DNA of 64,000 nucleotides from a bacterium (GCA_963674595.2 CAXXFV010000020.1:1-64000); one strand, 5' to 3'. Positions 40,884 through 51,512 are shown, numbered from the stretch's first letter. A program made the numbers and translations. The notes: generated by a model not told the origin, from the sequence alone.

Positions 40884-43265
40884 TTAAAATGATTGTTCAA
40901 GATTTGTCTTTTTACCGAATTTCAGGTGAATGGCATCACTGATTTTAACAGTTCCCGCATTGGCAATGCTGATGTCTGATAATTGATCCTCTTTAAATCT
41001 AAACCATCCGTATGAAAAATCTCCTTCGATGTTTTTTATAAAATTGTGCATGTTTCCATCTGATAAAATTATAACATCAGTGTATTGGTCTGTTTTAATT
41101 TCATAAACAGCGATATTTTTATTGCCGGTTTCCACTGTTGAAAAAGAAACGGTTTCTGCATGTTGTTTTGTTTCTTTTGTAAAAGGGAAAGCAAGAATAT
41201 TAAAATTGTCAAGTGTAGAGTCTGCTTTAGATTTTTTCTGAAAAACAACCCAGTCGATTTTTCGGTTTGGTTCTTCGTTCGGTAATCCACGCAAGTCAGC
41301 ATACCCCGATTTTAGGATTTTTTCTGTTTGTTCTGCTGCCGGGTGTAATAAAAGAACACCGTTTTCTTGTTTGGATATAAATCCCTGGTCTGTTATTTCC
41401 ATATCCAAAGGTGTATGCAGGTTCCATTCAAGATTTTTGTTTGTTTGAGAGGTGCAAACATCATCCACAATAAGCCAGTATTCGCCCTTGACAAAAACAA
41501 AATGTCGCCTGACAGTCGTTTGTTGATATTGCTCATAACCCCGATGCGTGGCGGCAAAGTAATCGGTATTTGTTTGAAAAGCCTTTATAACATTTTCACC
41601 GGAAATGTTCCGTTTGTTGGGACTAATATTGTTTATAGTCAACATATTATGAGCCGGGGCGCGTTTATACCAGGAAACATGTATGGGTTCGGAATAGCCT
41701 TTTAAGCCCAGCCCAGCGTCAACCGCGAGAGCCTGACCATTGGCATACATTTCAAAATCCAGAATGTCATAATGACCGTGGTTTTCAAAAGGACCGTAAT
41801 TGATCATCATAAAATAGGAATTGTAATTCCACCCGTCCCGCATAACAGCGAATTTTGAGTATGGAAAGTCAACCGACAATTTGGATGGAATAACAGGCTT
41901 GACTTTAGAATTGGCCAGTTTTTTGGACGGGACACTGTTTTGAACAGCACCTAAAAACTCGCCTCTGTTGAAAAAATCACCCATTTCGATCAGCAAGTCT
42001 GTAAGATAGGTGCCGCGACCACAATCATTAAAAGGACAGTTTAAACCCATGGGTGTTGTGGTATAAGCAGTGAATTCCATCAGGTTTTCCAGTCGGGGCA
42101 GGTAGGTTTCGAGCAATGTTGTATCATTTTCAAGATATTTAAACATCAGCATATATCTGTAAAACATGCCAAAAACATAGGACGTATAACTGCCGGTCCT
42201 TTCAATATAACCGCCGTCATCGTTTATATCATTTTCAAAATGTTGGATCATATTTTTTTTACTGGCCTCCAGCCATTTGTCTGATTCCGTAAATTCCGGA
42301 AACGTCAAGGCTATATATGCCAATGTCATGGATGTTTGTGTTTGCCAGTTATAGGGATGAAAAGGTGTTGTTGACAGGCATTCATATAACCATCTGGCTG
42401 AACCCAGAATATTTTTTAACATTCGTTTGTGTGTTTCAGGCGTTAAGGAATCTTTATAGGTTTTATATGAATCAATAAAATAGGGGATTCGGACACCCAA
42501 ACCCAGCTCATACCAAACGACATCTCTGAGTTTTGTTTCCCACGGTTTTTGCTCATGTTTTACCTGGTCGATTTGTTCATACCATTGATTAAACAAATCC
42601 TCAAAACTGGTTTGGTAGAAATTATCTCCGGTCGCTAAATAGGCACCGAGAAGTATTCTGAAAAAATGACAATAATGAACGCCGTAATCAGAACGGTCCT
42701 GCCAGTTGTAATCAAAATTCACTTTAAAGCCGAATGGAATTTCTCCGATTCTGTACCCGCTGTCCGGATCAGCAATATGTGCCGCTTGTTTCAAAAGTCC
42801 TGTTTTTCGTTCCGGGTCGTTTTTCAAGTCATTAAGGAATTCGTCTCGAGTTATAAATGGAATTTTTTCTACACCGTCATATTTATACAACCGGTTGTTT
42901 GTCAGTTGTTGAGAAAAGTATTTTTTTAAAATTTGGTCCAGTTCGTCTGCGGATTTTCCCTTTATCTCTGATTGTAAACCATTTGGTAAAACTAGTGATG
43001 AAATCAGTTCCTGGTCTGAAATATGGTCGATTTTAGATTTGAAATATTCCGGATCAAGAAATGTGTCATGCCATTCCGATAATTGCAGCGCCGGATCAAT
43101 TTTTGAGCGGTCACCGTTTTTAACAGGTTTGTTGCATATCGGGCAAAACCATTTTCCATTAACTTGATAGATATCCGAGTATTGGGAAATATTGGGTTCC
43201 TGCGCCGGTTTATTACACATCACGATGAACAGGGTTGTAAATACTAAGAGCATGGCACGTTTCAT
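40884..43265 (-). CDS. Heparinase II/III-like / alginate-lyase-like lipoprotein
   Basis: Lipobox IVMC; YNWQT, DDGGYIERTGSY, AVMRDGW, HGHYDIL, AHNMLTIN. Confidence 0.85.
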   Translation of the reverse strand: MKRAMLLVFTTLFIVMCNKPAQEPNISQYSDIYQVNGKWFCPICNKPVKNGDRSKIDPALQLSEWHDTFLDPEYFKSKIDHISDQELISSLVLPNGLQSEIKGKSADELDQILKKYFSQQLTNNRLYKYDGVEKIPFITRDEFLNDLKNDPERKTGLLKQAAHIADPDSGYRIGEIPFGFKVNFDYNWQDRSDYGVHYCHFFRILLGAYLATGDNFYQTSFEDLFNQWYEQIDQVKHEQKPWETKLRDVVWYELGLGVRIPYFIDSYKTYKDSLTPETHKRMLKNILGSARWLYECLSTTPFHPYNWQTQTSMTLAYIALTFPEFTESDKWLEASKKNMIQHFENDINDDGGYIERTGSYTSYVFGMFYRYMLMFKYLENDTTLLETYLPRLENLMEFTAYTTTPMGLNCPFNDCGRGTYLTDLLIEMGDFFNRGEFLGAVQNSVPSKKLANSKVKPVIPSKLSVDFPYSKFAVMRDGWNYNSYFMMINYGPFENHGHYDILDFEMYANGQALAVDAGLGLKGYSEPIHVSWYKRAPAHNMLTINNISPNKRNISGENVIKAFQTNTDYFAATHRGYEQYQQTTVRRHFVFVKGEYWLIVDDVCTSQTNKNLEWNLHTPLDMEITDQGFISKQENGVLLLHPAAEQTEKILKSGYADLRGLPNEEPNRKIDWVVFQKKSKADSTLDNFNILAFPFTKETKQHAETVSFSTVETGNKNIAVYEIKTDQYTDVIILSDGNMHNFIKNIEGDFSYGWFRFKEDQLSDISIANAGTVKISDAIHLKFGKKTNLEQSF

Positions 43266-43415
43266 CTTGATCTCCTTTTTGGAATAGGTAAGGTCGAGGT
43301 TTATTAAATATAATTAATGACAAACTTTTTCTCAAGTACAAGTTTGTTGCTTTTTATGAGCTAATTTTTTATAATTGATAAATCCTTCCCCCATAAAAAA
43401 AATGTGAGAAAAACT

Positions 43416-45458
43416 ATGAATCCAAAACAACTTGATCGTCGAGATTTTTTTCAAAAAGCCGGTTTGTCACTCGCTTCCCTCTCTGTTATGAATTTATCCC
43501 TGATTAAAAATGTTAACGCGCAATCTAAAGAACTACCGCTGGAGTTGTTCTTTTCAGCAGATGATCTGGATAAAATTCGTGAAAAAACCAAATTGCCGTT
43601 GTTTAAGGACTATTGGTTGGCACAGACAAGCCTGGACCACACAGATGATATTAATTTTTTAAAAAATGATCTAAGTTATAATAATCACATTCGACATTTT
43701 GCACGAGCCAGACAAATTTTGGAACGAGAAGCTTTCCTTTATATAGTAACAAAAAGTGCCAGACATGGAGAATTGGCTTATCTGGCTGCAACAACGCTGC
43801 TGAAATATAAAAAATGGGACTATCATGTTGAGGATAAAAAATATGTGATCGGTCTGCAACGCGCACCTGAGGGTACGATTGCCATGAGTATGGCCTATGA
43901 TTGGTGTTATGATTTATTCTCCGACCAGGAACGTAAAGAAATTTTAAAAAGCATCGGAGACAAAGGATGTGAAGCCTGTTATTTGTCTCTGTGGGGTATG
44001 CGCCATCCGGATAAAGTTAAAGGATGGGGATATGACCCGGAAGGTTCTTATCATGCCGATGTGGATATGAGCCGTTGGCCTTACTTTTTTAATGGTATTA
44101 ACCTAAAGGCGGTACCTTTTGGAGGATTGGCCGTAGGAGCAGCCGCGTTAATGAACACTGACAAACGCGCTGCAAAATGGTTTGAGATGGTTTTGTATAG
44201 TTATAAAAATTTTGTCGACAATTTTGAAGCCGACGGCAGCTATAATGAAGGCGGTTCTTACTGGAATTATACGGCATCACACATGGCTTTGGTAGTTGAA
44301 ATGTTTGCCCGTAAGAAAAATATGGGATTGTTTGATGACGCTAATTATGTTGGTATGATGGAGTTTTTACTTGCCTTACAGATGCCGCACAGTAATTTTC
44401 CTCATGAAACGGTCAATTTCGGGGATAGTGGGTCCAGTTTTGATTCGGGATTGGGTTTTTGGATTGCCAGAAACTCCCGCGATGGGTTGTGCCAATACAT
44501 CGCTTTAAATCATGCCAGAGGACACAATAATTATTCTCTAATATGGTATGATCCGACAATTATACCTATAAAACCTACCCCAAAATTTTATTTTAAACAT
44601 TTTGACCTTGACTGGATAATTACCCGAAACGGATACGAGTCCCGGGATTTGGTTGTAGCCATGCGAAGCGGAAAACCATCCAATCATGAACACGGCGATC
44701 GTAATTCCGTGATTTTAAAGGCCTATGATGAAGTATTACTGGCTGATTATAAACATCCTACCTATAATGCAAAAGATCCGGGTTGGCTGTTACGAACACC
44801 AGTGGCCCATAATACAGTATTAATCGATGGACAGGGCCATCAATATCACAAAGGCGAGGAAGGTACCAATGCATCCAAAGCTTCTGCGAAAATTGTAAGA
44901 AGAGGTGATCGGGGCAAGTATGTTTTTTGGGCAAGTGATGCTACTCAGGCTTATAAAATTGTTAATCCCGACGTCAAAAGCGTAACACGAACCGTACTCG
45001 TTTTTGAAAGTGCTCCTTTTATCCTTGTTTTGGATAAATTGATAAAGGAGAACGAGCCTTCTGTTTTGTCGGCAAATTGGCATATTGAGAACAAGGACAA
45101 TAATGGCAGTTGTAATGTTGATGGGAATTCTTTTGTTATAGAACGGCCATTAGCAGAATTTTATGCGGTTTGTGGAGGTTCACAACCGGTAACAGCCTAT
45201 TCTAAAACATTACCGTTGCCAAAAGAATCCGGTATATGTCCTTTTGTGAGTGTCGAGTCAACGGTTAAAGAAAAAAATCCCTTTATGATTCTTGCCGGTT
45301 GTCCTATGAAAAAAAACGAACAAGAACCGATAATTAATATTGTTAAAAAAGACAACTATTATACCGTTGATATGGAAAAAGGATGGAAGCGGATTAAACT
45401 AGAGATTTTTGATAACGGTGAATTACCAGAGTTTGATGTTGTTGAAATGGTCCTTTAA
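43416..45458 (+). CDS. Tat-exported heparinase II/III-like lyase (DUF4962-type N-terminus)
   Basis: DRRDFFQK twin-arginine signal; DGSYNEGGSYW, NFGDS, NHEHGDRNS, AHNTVLIDG. Confidence 0.85.
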   Translation: MNPKQLDRRDFFQKAGLSLASLSVMNLSLIKNVNAQSKELPLELFFSADDLDKIREKTKLPLFKDYWLAQTSLDHTDDINFLKNDLSYNNHIRHFARARQILEREAFLYIVTKSARHGELAYLAATTLLKYKKWDYHVEDKKYVIGLQRAPEGTIAMSMAYDWCYDLFSDQERKEILKSIGDKGCEACYLSLWGMRHPDKVKGWGYDPEGSYHADVDMSRWPYFFNGINLKAVPFGGLAVGAAALMNTDKRAAKWFEMVLYSYKNFVDNFEADGSYNEGGSYWNYTASHMALVVEMFARKKNMGLFDDANYVGMMEFLLALQMPHSNFPHETVNFGDSGSSFDSGLGFWIARNSRDGLCQYIALNHARGHNNYSLIWYDPTIIPIKPTPKFYFKHFDLDWIITRNGYESRDLVVAMRSGKPSNHEHGDRNSVILKAYDEVLLADYKHPTYNAKDPGWLLRTPVAHNTVLIDGQGHQYHKGEEGTNASKASAKIVRRGDRGKYVFWASDATQAYKIVNPDVKSVTRTVLVFESAPFILVLDKLIKENEPSVLSANWHIENKDNNGSCNVDGNSFVIERPLAEFYAVCGGSQPVTAYSKTLPLPKESGICPFVSVESTVKEKNPFMILAGCPMKKNEQEPIINIVKKDNYYTVDMEKGWKRIKLEIFDNGELPEFDVVEMVL

Positions 45459-45470
45459 TGTTGAGTCCCG

Positions 45471-45497
45471 GATAAGGGTATTTTAAATGCCCTTATC
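45471..45497 (+). other. Intercistronic stem-loop
   Basis: GATAAGGGTAT-tttaa-ATGCCCTTATC (one G-U pair). Confidence 0.55.
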
Positions 45498-45550
45498 TTA
45501 GACATAATTAAATAATCAAGTCATTCCGGATATAACATAAGGTAATAAAG

Positions 45551-47509
45551 ATGAAATTTGGGCTCCCGACTGTTGATTATCTCGTTATTCTATTTTATTT
45601 GGCATTAATGCTGGGTATTGGTTTCTTTTTTTCAAAATTAATGAAAGGTGGAAAAGATTTTTTTGTAGGGGGTAATATGATTCCGTGGTGGGCAGCCGGC
45701 TTGTCGTTGTTTATGACAACTTTTTCGGCCTGGATGTTTACCGGGGCTGCCAGTTTTGCCTATAACACAGGCTGGTTTGGAATATTGTATTTTATTACCA
45801 CTCCTATTTCTTTTTTAGGCGGATTTTTATTATCGGCAAAAAGATGGAGGCGTTCGCGTATTACTTCTCCTGTAGAATATGTACAAACCCGGTTTAACAA
45901 AGTCACTCACCTGTTTCTCAGTATTATGTTGATTCTAAGTTTGATGTACTGGCCGGCCCATCATTTGGCGTCATTAAGTAAAATATGTGCACCTACATTG
46001 TTTCCAAATTCCATGTTGGCCATTGACATCATGATCATCTTTTTTGCGATCGTTATTTTAATTTATACATTTTCAGGTGGATTTTGGGCTGTTTGTATAA
46101 CGGATGTTGTTCAGGCTATAATTTTAATGAGTGTCATTTTCGTATTAATACCGACAATATTTTTGTCCGGCGAATTGGGATCAATTACCGACTTTATTAA
46201 ACGAATTCCTCCTTTGGAGTTAAAACACGTTATTCGTGATAAAACAACATATACATATTGGTATATTATCGGAGTAGCTACATCTCATATTTTTGGTAAT
46301 GCCGTAGCAGATAAAGCACAACGGTTTTACAGTGTTAAGGACGAAAAAGCAGCGATGAAAGTTGGCTGGCTGGCTTTTGCGTTATTTTTAACCGCCCCGA
46401 TTATGTTTGGAATTCCACCACTTGTTGGAAAAGTATTGTGGCCGGATATCAGTCAACTCGCCCATTTTTCAAATATCACCAAACCAGATGAAAATGTTTA
46501 TATTGCCGTTGTTTTAAGATATATGCCGGCCGGTATTGTCGGAATGTTCTTATCCGCCATGATGGCAGCTTCCATGTCTGCCTTGGATAGCGTTTGGAAC
46601 ACCGTATCGTCCATCATTTCTATCGATATTTATAAAAACCTTTTTAAACCCAAGGCCACTGAAAAAGAAGTTTTAATGGTCGGGCGTCTTGCTATCATTG
46701 TTTTATTCTTTTTTGCTGTGTCAATGGCCTTTGTTATTATTCATAGTGAATATGGAGTTTTTACTTTTAGTACGATCTTTTTTAGTTTGACCGGAGTACC
46801 AATATCCATTCCGCTTGTATTGGGGATTATAATTAAAGATATTGGCCGATGGTCCGGTGTTGCTTCGATATTGGCGGGAACATTGATAGCTTCGGTTGCC
46901 CGTTTTGTATTAAAATTTACTTTGGGCCCTCAGATGTTGCTGACTGTGGCTGTTACATTATTTTTTATACTTATTTCCAATCATCTCGGAAGGCTCTATA
47001 TAAAAAACAAAACAGCAAACAGAGTTTTATGTGTTGCTATCGGCATTTTGTTTTGGTTTATTTTTGTTACAGGAAATGCTGATCCCAATATTTCATTAAC
47101 AACTTTTTTTACATCTGACGGTTCATTACTGTTCCTGAGCGCCAAATTCTGGATGACTATGGCGGCATTGGCCTATATCGTTATGTTATTGTTTTTCTCT
47201 CGTTTATATGCAAAAGACCTGCTGCTTCCGCAAACAGAAATTGACCAGTTTTTTGAAAAACTAAACACGCCGATTGACGTCGATTCTGAAGTATTGAAGG
47301 ATAATGAAGAAAAGAGCGTCTTTCCGCTAGTCGGTGGTATTTGTATTGCGTTTTCCATGTTGTCTTTGATTGTCCTTGTTTCTCCGGCTGCACGTGAAAA
47401 AATTGGAGTAAATTTGGTTTTGAGTGGAATTTTATTTTTAATAGGCATGATGATGTTTCTGTCGGATCCGAAAATTTTGCAACAGATAAAAAATTTGAAA
47501 AAGGCCTGA
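45551..47509 (+). CDS. Sodium:solute symporter (paralog of 33287-35179)
   Basis: GGNMIPWW, FSAWMFTGAAS, RWRRSR, AQRFYSVKDEK, SAMMAASMS. Confidence 0.92.
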   Translation: MKFGLPTVDYLVILFYLALMLGIGFFFSKLMKGGKDFFVGGNMIPWWAAGLSLFMTTFSAWMFTGAASFAYNTGWFGILYFITTPISFLGGFLLSAKRWRRSRITSPVEYVQTRFNKVTHLFLSIMLILSLMYWPAHHLASLSKICAPTLFPNSMLAIDIMIIFFAIVILIYTFSGGFWAVCITDVVQAIILMSVIFVLIPTIFLSGELGSITDFIKRIPPLELKHVIRDKTTYTYWYIIGVATSHIFGNAVADKAQRFYSVKDEKAAMKVGWLAFALFLTAPIMFGIPPLVGKVLWPDISQLAHFSNITKPDENVYIAVVLRYMPAGIVGMFLSAMMAASMSALDSVWNTVSSIISIDIYKNLFKPKATEKEVLMVGRLAIIVLFFFAVSMAFVIIHSEYGVFTFSTIFFSLTGVPISIPLVLGIIIKDIGRWSGVASILAGTLIASVARFVLKFTLGPQMLLTVAVTLFFILISNHLGRLYIKNKTANRVLCVAIGILFWFIFVTGNADPNISLTTFFTSDGSLLFLSAKFWMTMAALAYIVMLLFFSRLYAKDLLLPQTEIDQFFEKLNTPIDVDSEVLKDNEEKSVFPLVGGICIAFSMLSLIVLVSPAAREKIGVNLVLSGILFLIGMMMFLSDPKILQQIKNLKKA

Positions 47510-47593
47510 AAATTTTTTTGTTGAATTAGCGTCAAATTACGTTTTTATACAAATGTATGGATTATTTCAGTTTTAACGAAAATGGAGTTGAAG

Positions 47594-48943
47594 ATGAAAT
47601 ATTCTCGACGTAATTTTTTAAAAACAATGAGTTTTTGTGTCCCGGTATTAGTCCCTTCCTCTGTTCTGGGAAGGACCTGTATATCTCCTAATAACAGAAT
47701 TAACCTGGGACACATTGGTGTTGGTGGTCGCGGAACAAGTTTGCTGAAAAGTTTTTTAATGTTGAAAAATACACAATCAGTAGCTGTTTGTGATGCTTTT
47801 AAAGACAGATGTATTGACCGTGCATCTATTATTGATCAGCATTATAGTGAAGAATTTAATGATCCGTTGTACAAATGTTGTCGCGTATTCAGCGATTTTC
47901 GCGACCTGTTGGCGCAAAAAGACATAGATGCTGTTGTCATCGCCACGCCGGACCATTGGCATGTGCCCATTGCCATCGCTGCCGTCAAAGCCGGTAAAGA
48001 TGTTTATGTGGAAAAACCACTTGGTGTCAGTATTTCTGATAATCAAAAACTGAGAAAAATCGTTCACAAATATGGTGCAATTTTTCAGTATGGAACACAA
48101 CAACGTTCTTTTTATGATTTTCGTTTTGTTTGTGAACTGGTTAGAAACGGCTATATCGGTGATTTACATACGATTTATACCTGGTGTGCGGCGATGGACA
48201 GCCAGGCATCCGTTTTTAATGCACCCGGCGGTTCTATGGTCCCGGTTTCTGTTCCGACTGGTTTTGATTATGATATGTGGCTTGGCCCTGCCCCAAAAAC
48301 ACCCTATACAATCGACAGGTGTACAAATTTTGGTACTTATCATCATTATGATAACAGTCTCGGTTTTATCGCCGGGTGGGGAGCGCATCCTTTAGATATT
48401 GCGCAATGGGGGAATAATACGGACAACACCGCTCCTGTTTATTATGAAGGGAAAGGCACAATCGCAGAACAGGGTTTGTTCAGAACAGTGGATACCTGGG
48501 ATTTTTGGTGCACCTATGCAAACGGTGTTCGAATGCGATTTATAAATGAAAAGCAGGCCCTTCCTGTTGTGCAAAAAGAGTTCAAACAAGCCCGTGACCA
48601 TGGAACAATGTTTGTCGGGTCTGAAGGATGGGTTGCAGTGGACAGGTCTCATGCTTATGCTTCTCCCGCTTTTTTGCTGAATATTAAATTAAAAAAAGAC
48701 GATATTAAGCTTTCTTCAAGTTTAAATCATTATCAAAATTTTATAGATTGTGTTAAAAGTCGCCGCCAGCCGGTTAGTCCCATTCATTCGGCTGTTCAAT
48801 CGGATATTATATCTCATCTTTGTGATATCAGCGTTCGTGTTTGCAGACCCATTCAATGGGACCCTTTAAATGAAAAAATTTTAAATGACCCGGAGGCTGA
48901 CAGATTTATGTCAAGACCTTACCGCAACCCCTGGCATCGGTAG
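47594..48943 (+). CDS. Tat-exported Gfo/Idh/MocA oxidoreductase
   Basis: SRRNFLK; GHIGVGGRG; IATPDHWH; GKDVYVEKP; GWGAHPLD. Confidence 0.92.
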   Translation: MKYSRRNFLKTMSFCVPVLVPSSVLGRTCISPNNRINLGHIGVGGRGTSLLKSFLMLKNTQSVAVCDAFKDRCIDRASIIDQHYSEEFNDPLYKCCRVFSDFRDLLAQKDIDAVVIATPDHWHVPIAIAAVKAGKDVYVEKPLGVSISDNQKLRKIVHKYGAIFQYGTQQRSFYDFRFVCELVRNGYIGDLHTIYTWCAAMDSQASVFNAPGGSMVPVSVPTGFDYDMWLGPAPKTPYTIDRCTNFGTYHHYDNSLGFIAGWGAHPLDIAQWGNNTDNTAPVYYEGKGTIAEQGLFRTVDTWDFWCTYANGVRMRFINEKQALPVVQKEFKQARDHGTMFVGSEGWVAVDRSHAYASPAFLLNIKLKKDDIKLSSSLNHYQNFIDCVKSRRQPVSPIHSAVQSDIISHLCDISVRVCRPIQWDPLNEKILNDPEADRFMSRPYRNPWHR

Positions 48944-49071
48944 TGAAGGTTTGACAAAAACTGAGGATAATATCGAATTATTATAGATTTCTGTAAAAAA
49001 GATTGAGAAAAAAGTTAAGAAAAGATTTGTTTTTCAATATTTTAATGTTTACATTTGTTTATTAAATAACA

Positions 49072-49227
49072 GTACACCGTTGTTTTGCTTAAATATACCG
49101 AGTATGTTGGAATTGTTCGCTTGAATTTAATTATCTTTACAGCAAACTATTGAAAATCGTAATCAAAGTGTTATTATAAATAACTATGGTTACGATTTTT
49201 TTTATGGGCAAACCCTAGAGGGTGTAC
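49072..49227 (+). promoter_or_regulatory. Structured 5' leader of the cold-shock gene with terminator-like hairpin
   Basis: GTACACC 49072-78 pairs with GGTGTAC 49221-27; AAAATCGTAA 49153-62 pairs with TTACGATTTT 49190-99, followed by a U-run. Confidence 0.45.
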
Positions 49228-49280
49228 AAAACTGATCTGTATTAAGCAGATGTAATTTATATCCAGAAAGGATATTTTTC

Positions 49281-49478
49281 ATGGCACGAGGAACAGTAAA
49301 GTGGTTTAACAAAACAAAAGGCTTTGGTTTTATCGAAAGACCCGATGGAGATGATGTATTTGTTCATTTCAAAGCCATTGTTGATGAACCAAAAGAGCTA
49401 AATGAAGGCGATGGTGTAGAATTTGAAGTAAAAGAAACACCCAAAGGTTTGCAAGCTGTTAACGTAAGTAAATTCTAA
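49281..49478 (+). CDS. Cold-shock protein (CspA family)
   Basis: [13 protein letters not shown] (RNP1) and DVFVHF (RNP2); 65 aa. Confidence 0.97.
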   Translation: MARGTVKWFNKTKGFGFIERPDGDDVFVHFKAIVDEPKELNEGDGVEFEVKETPKGLQAVNVSKF

Positions 49479-49495
49479 TAATTCCACTTGAATTT

Positions 49496-49530
49496 AAATC
49501 CCGATTTAACTTTTTATTAAATCGGGATTT
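49496..49530. terminator. Bidirectional terminator
   Basis: AAATCCCGATTTAA-N7-TTAAATCGGGATTT between convergent genes. Confidence 0.8.
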
Positions 49531-49536
49531 TTAAAT

Positions 49537-50193
49537 TTACAACCAGTTAAAAAGCGGCCAACCACGCTCTTTAGCTGTTTGTTCCAGAAGTTTATCAGGT
49601 GTTATTATAACCGGGTTGCCGACAGCTTCCAGCATTGGCAAGTCGGAAACGGAATCTGTGTAAAAATAGGCGTTCTTTAAAGAGTATTTGTGTTCCGAGC
49701 AGTATTGTTTGGACCGGATGAGTTTTTCCGTACCGTAACAAAAACGATTTTTAGGCAAACCCGTATATTTTTGATTTTCAGTTTTTAGTTCGGTGCATAT
49801 TAGATCATCAATTCCCAAAAACTGAAGAAAAGGGCGGCATAAAAAACTCATGGATGCGGACAAAATAACAATTTGCGCGTTTTGTTTTTTGTGAAAGTCT
49901 ATTTCTTTAACAGCATCCTTTCGAATGGTATGTTTAATTACATCCTGAAACAGTTGTACGGCAAAGTCAATTACCCGTTGTTCGGGTTGGTCTTTTAACC
50001 ACTTGACCAAACGACTGATAATTTTTTCCCCTTCCATTAACCCGGATTTATAAGCAATTGCCAGTAATAAGCCTTCAAAGGCTTTATGCTTTTGCAATAA
50101 TCCGTGCTTCAGGGCGTGCAAACCCATCAGTTTTCCGCTGCTGTCATTTATAATTGTATTGTCTAGATCAAAAAATGCAATATAATCTTTCAA
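49537..50193 (-). CDS. HAD-IB family hydrolase
   Basis: AFFDLDNTI, ILSAS, K, YTDSVSDLPML. Confidence 0.9.
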   Translation of the reverse strand: MKDYIAFFDLDNTIINDSSGKLMGLHALKHGLLQKHKAFEGLLLAIAYKSGLMEGEKIISRLVKWLKDQPEQRVIDFAVQLFQDVIKHTIRKDAVKEIDFHKKQNAQIVILSASMSFLCRPFLQFLGIDDLICTELKTENQKYTGLPKNRFCYGTEKLIRSKQYCSEHKYSLKNAYFYTDSVSDLPMLEAVGNPVIITPDKLLEQTAKERGWPLFNWL

Positions 50194-50315
50194 AGATATA
50201 TCCTTATCGTTGATAATTATGTTGGCTGAACAAATTTTTTAAATAACTGGCAAGTTAAAGAAATAACCACAAAATTGCAAGCAAATGTGTTCTGTCAGAG
50301 AAGAAAAGTTTGTTG

Positions 50316-51512
50316 CTATGCCAGCAATTTAGAAATTTTTTCAAATGCCCAATCAAGTTCCTCTTTAGTAATTATTAACGGCGGCGCAAAACGAATAATT
50401 GTTTCATGTGTCTCTTTACAAAGCAAACCTTCTTGTTTTAACGCTTCACAATATTTTCGCGCACCACCGGCATCGGGCTGCAGCTCAACACCGATTAATA
50501 GTCCTTTTCCTCGAACTGTTTTAATTAACGGACTTTTTATAGATAACAATTTTTCTTTAAAATATCGTCCCAATTCGTAGGATTTTTGCGATAAATTTTC
50601 ATCCATTAAAATATGGAGTGCTTCTCGTGCTATGGCGCTTGCCAATGGATTTCCTCCGAATGTGCTGCCGTGGTCTCCTGGTTTAAAAACATCCAGTAAT
50701 TCCGATTTTGCCAGTACGGCAGAAATCGGGTAAAATCCACCGCTTAACGCTTTTCCTATAATCACTGCATCCGGTTGAACATCTTCATAATAGTATGCAA
50801 AAAGTTTGCCACATCTTCCCAATCCGGTTTGTATTTCGTCCACCATAAAAAGTGCATTATATTTACAGCAGAGATTATATATTTCCGTTAAAAAACCGTC
50901 CTGTGGAATGATGATCCCGCCTTCTCCCTGAATGGGTTCTGCAAGAACAGCAATTGTATTTTTATTAAATGCTTTTTGCAGCGCATTTATATCATCATAG
51001 GGAATAATTTTAAATCCCGGGGTTAAAGGGCCGAAACCATTTTTATATTGGTCTTCGGATGAAAAACTGATAATCGTAATTGTACGTCCGTGAAAATTGT
51101 TGTTAAAAACGATTATTTCTGCCTCGTCCGGTTTCACACCTTTTACAGTATATCCCCATTTTCGTGCTGCTTTTATAGCTGTTTCTACAGCTTCTGCGCC
51201 GCTGTTCATCGGAAGGACCCGTTCAAATCCGGTTAATTCTGCCAGTTCTTTGCATAAAAGGGGCAACTGGTCGTTACGAAAGGCCCTGGATGTCAGGGTG
51301 AGTTTTTCTGCCTGTTCTTTAATTGTGGCAACAAGGCGCGGGTGGCAGTGACCCTGATTTACGGCGGAATAGGCGCTGAGGAAATCAAGATAACGGTTTC
51401 CTTCAATGTCATATACCCAAACACCTTTTCCGCGATTAATAACAACATCAAGAGGATGGTAATTGTGTGCACCAAATTGATCTTCAATCTGAATGAGTTC
51501 GTGTGTTGTCAT
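50316..51512 (-). CDS. rocD: Ornithine--oxo-acid aminotransferase
   Basis: AHNYHPL, DFLSAYSAVNQGHCHP, LTLTSRAF, DEIQTGLGR, GKALSGG, HGSTFGGNPL; GGAGG before ATG 51512. Confidence 0.95.
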   Translation of the reverse strand: MTTHELIQIEDQFGAHNYHPLDVVINRGKGVWVYDIEGNRYLDFLSAYSAVNQGHCHPRLVATIKEQAEKLTLTSRAFRNDQLPLLCKELAELTGFERVLPMNSGAEAVETAIKAARKWGYTVKGVKPDEAEIIVFNNNFHGRTITIISFSSEDQYKNGFGPLTPGFKIIPYDDINALQKAFNKNTIAVLAEPIQGEGGIIIPQDGFLTEIYNLCCKYNALFMVDEIQTGLGRCGKLFAYYYEDVQPDAVIIGKALSGGFYPISAVLAKSELLDVFKPGDHGSTFGGNPLASAIAREALHILMDENLSQKSYELGRYFKEKLLSIKSPLIKTVRGKGLLIGVELQPDAGGARKYCEALKQEGLLCKETHETIIRFAPPLIITKEELDWAFEKISKLLA

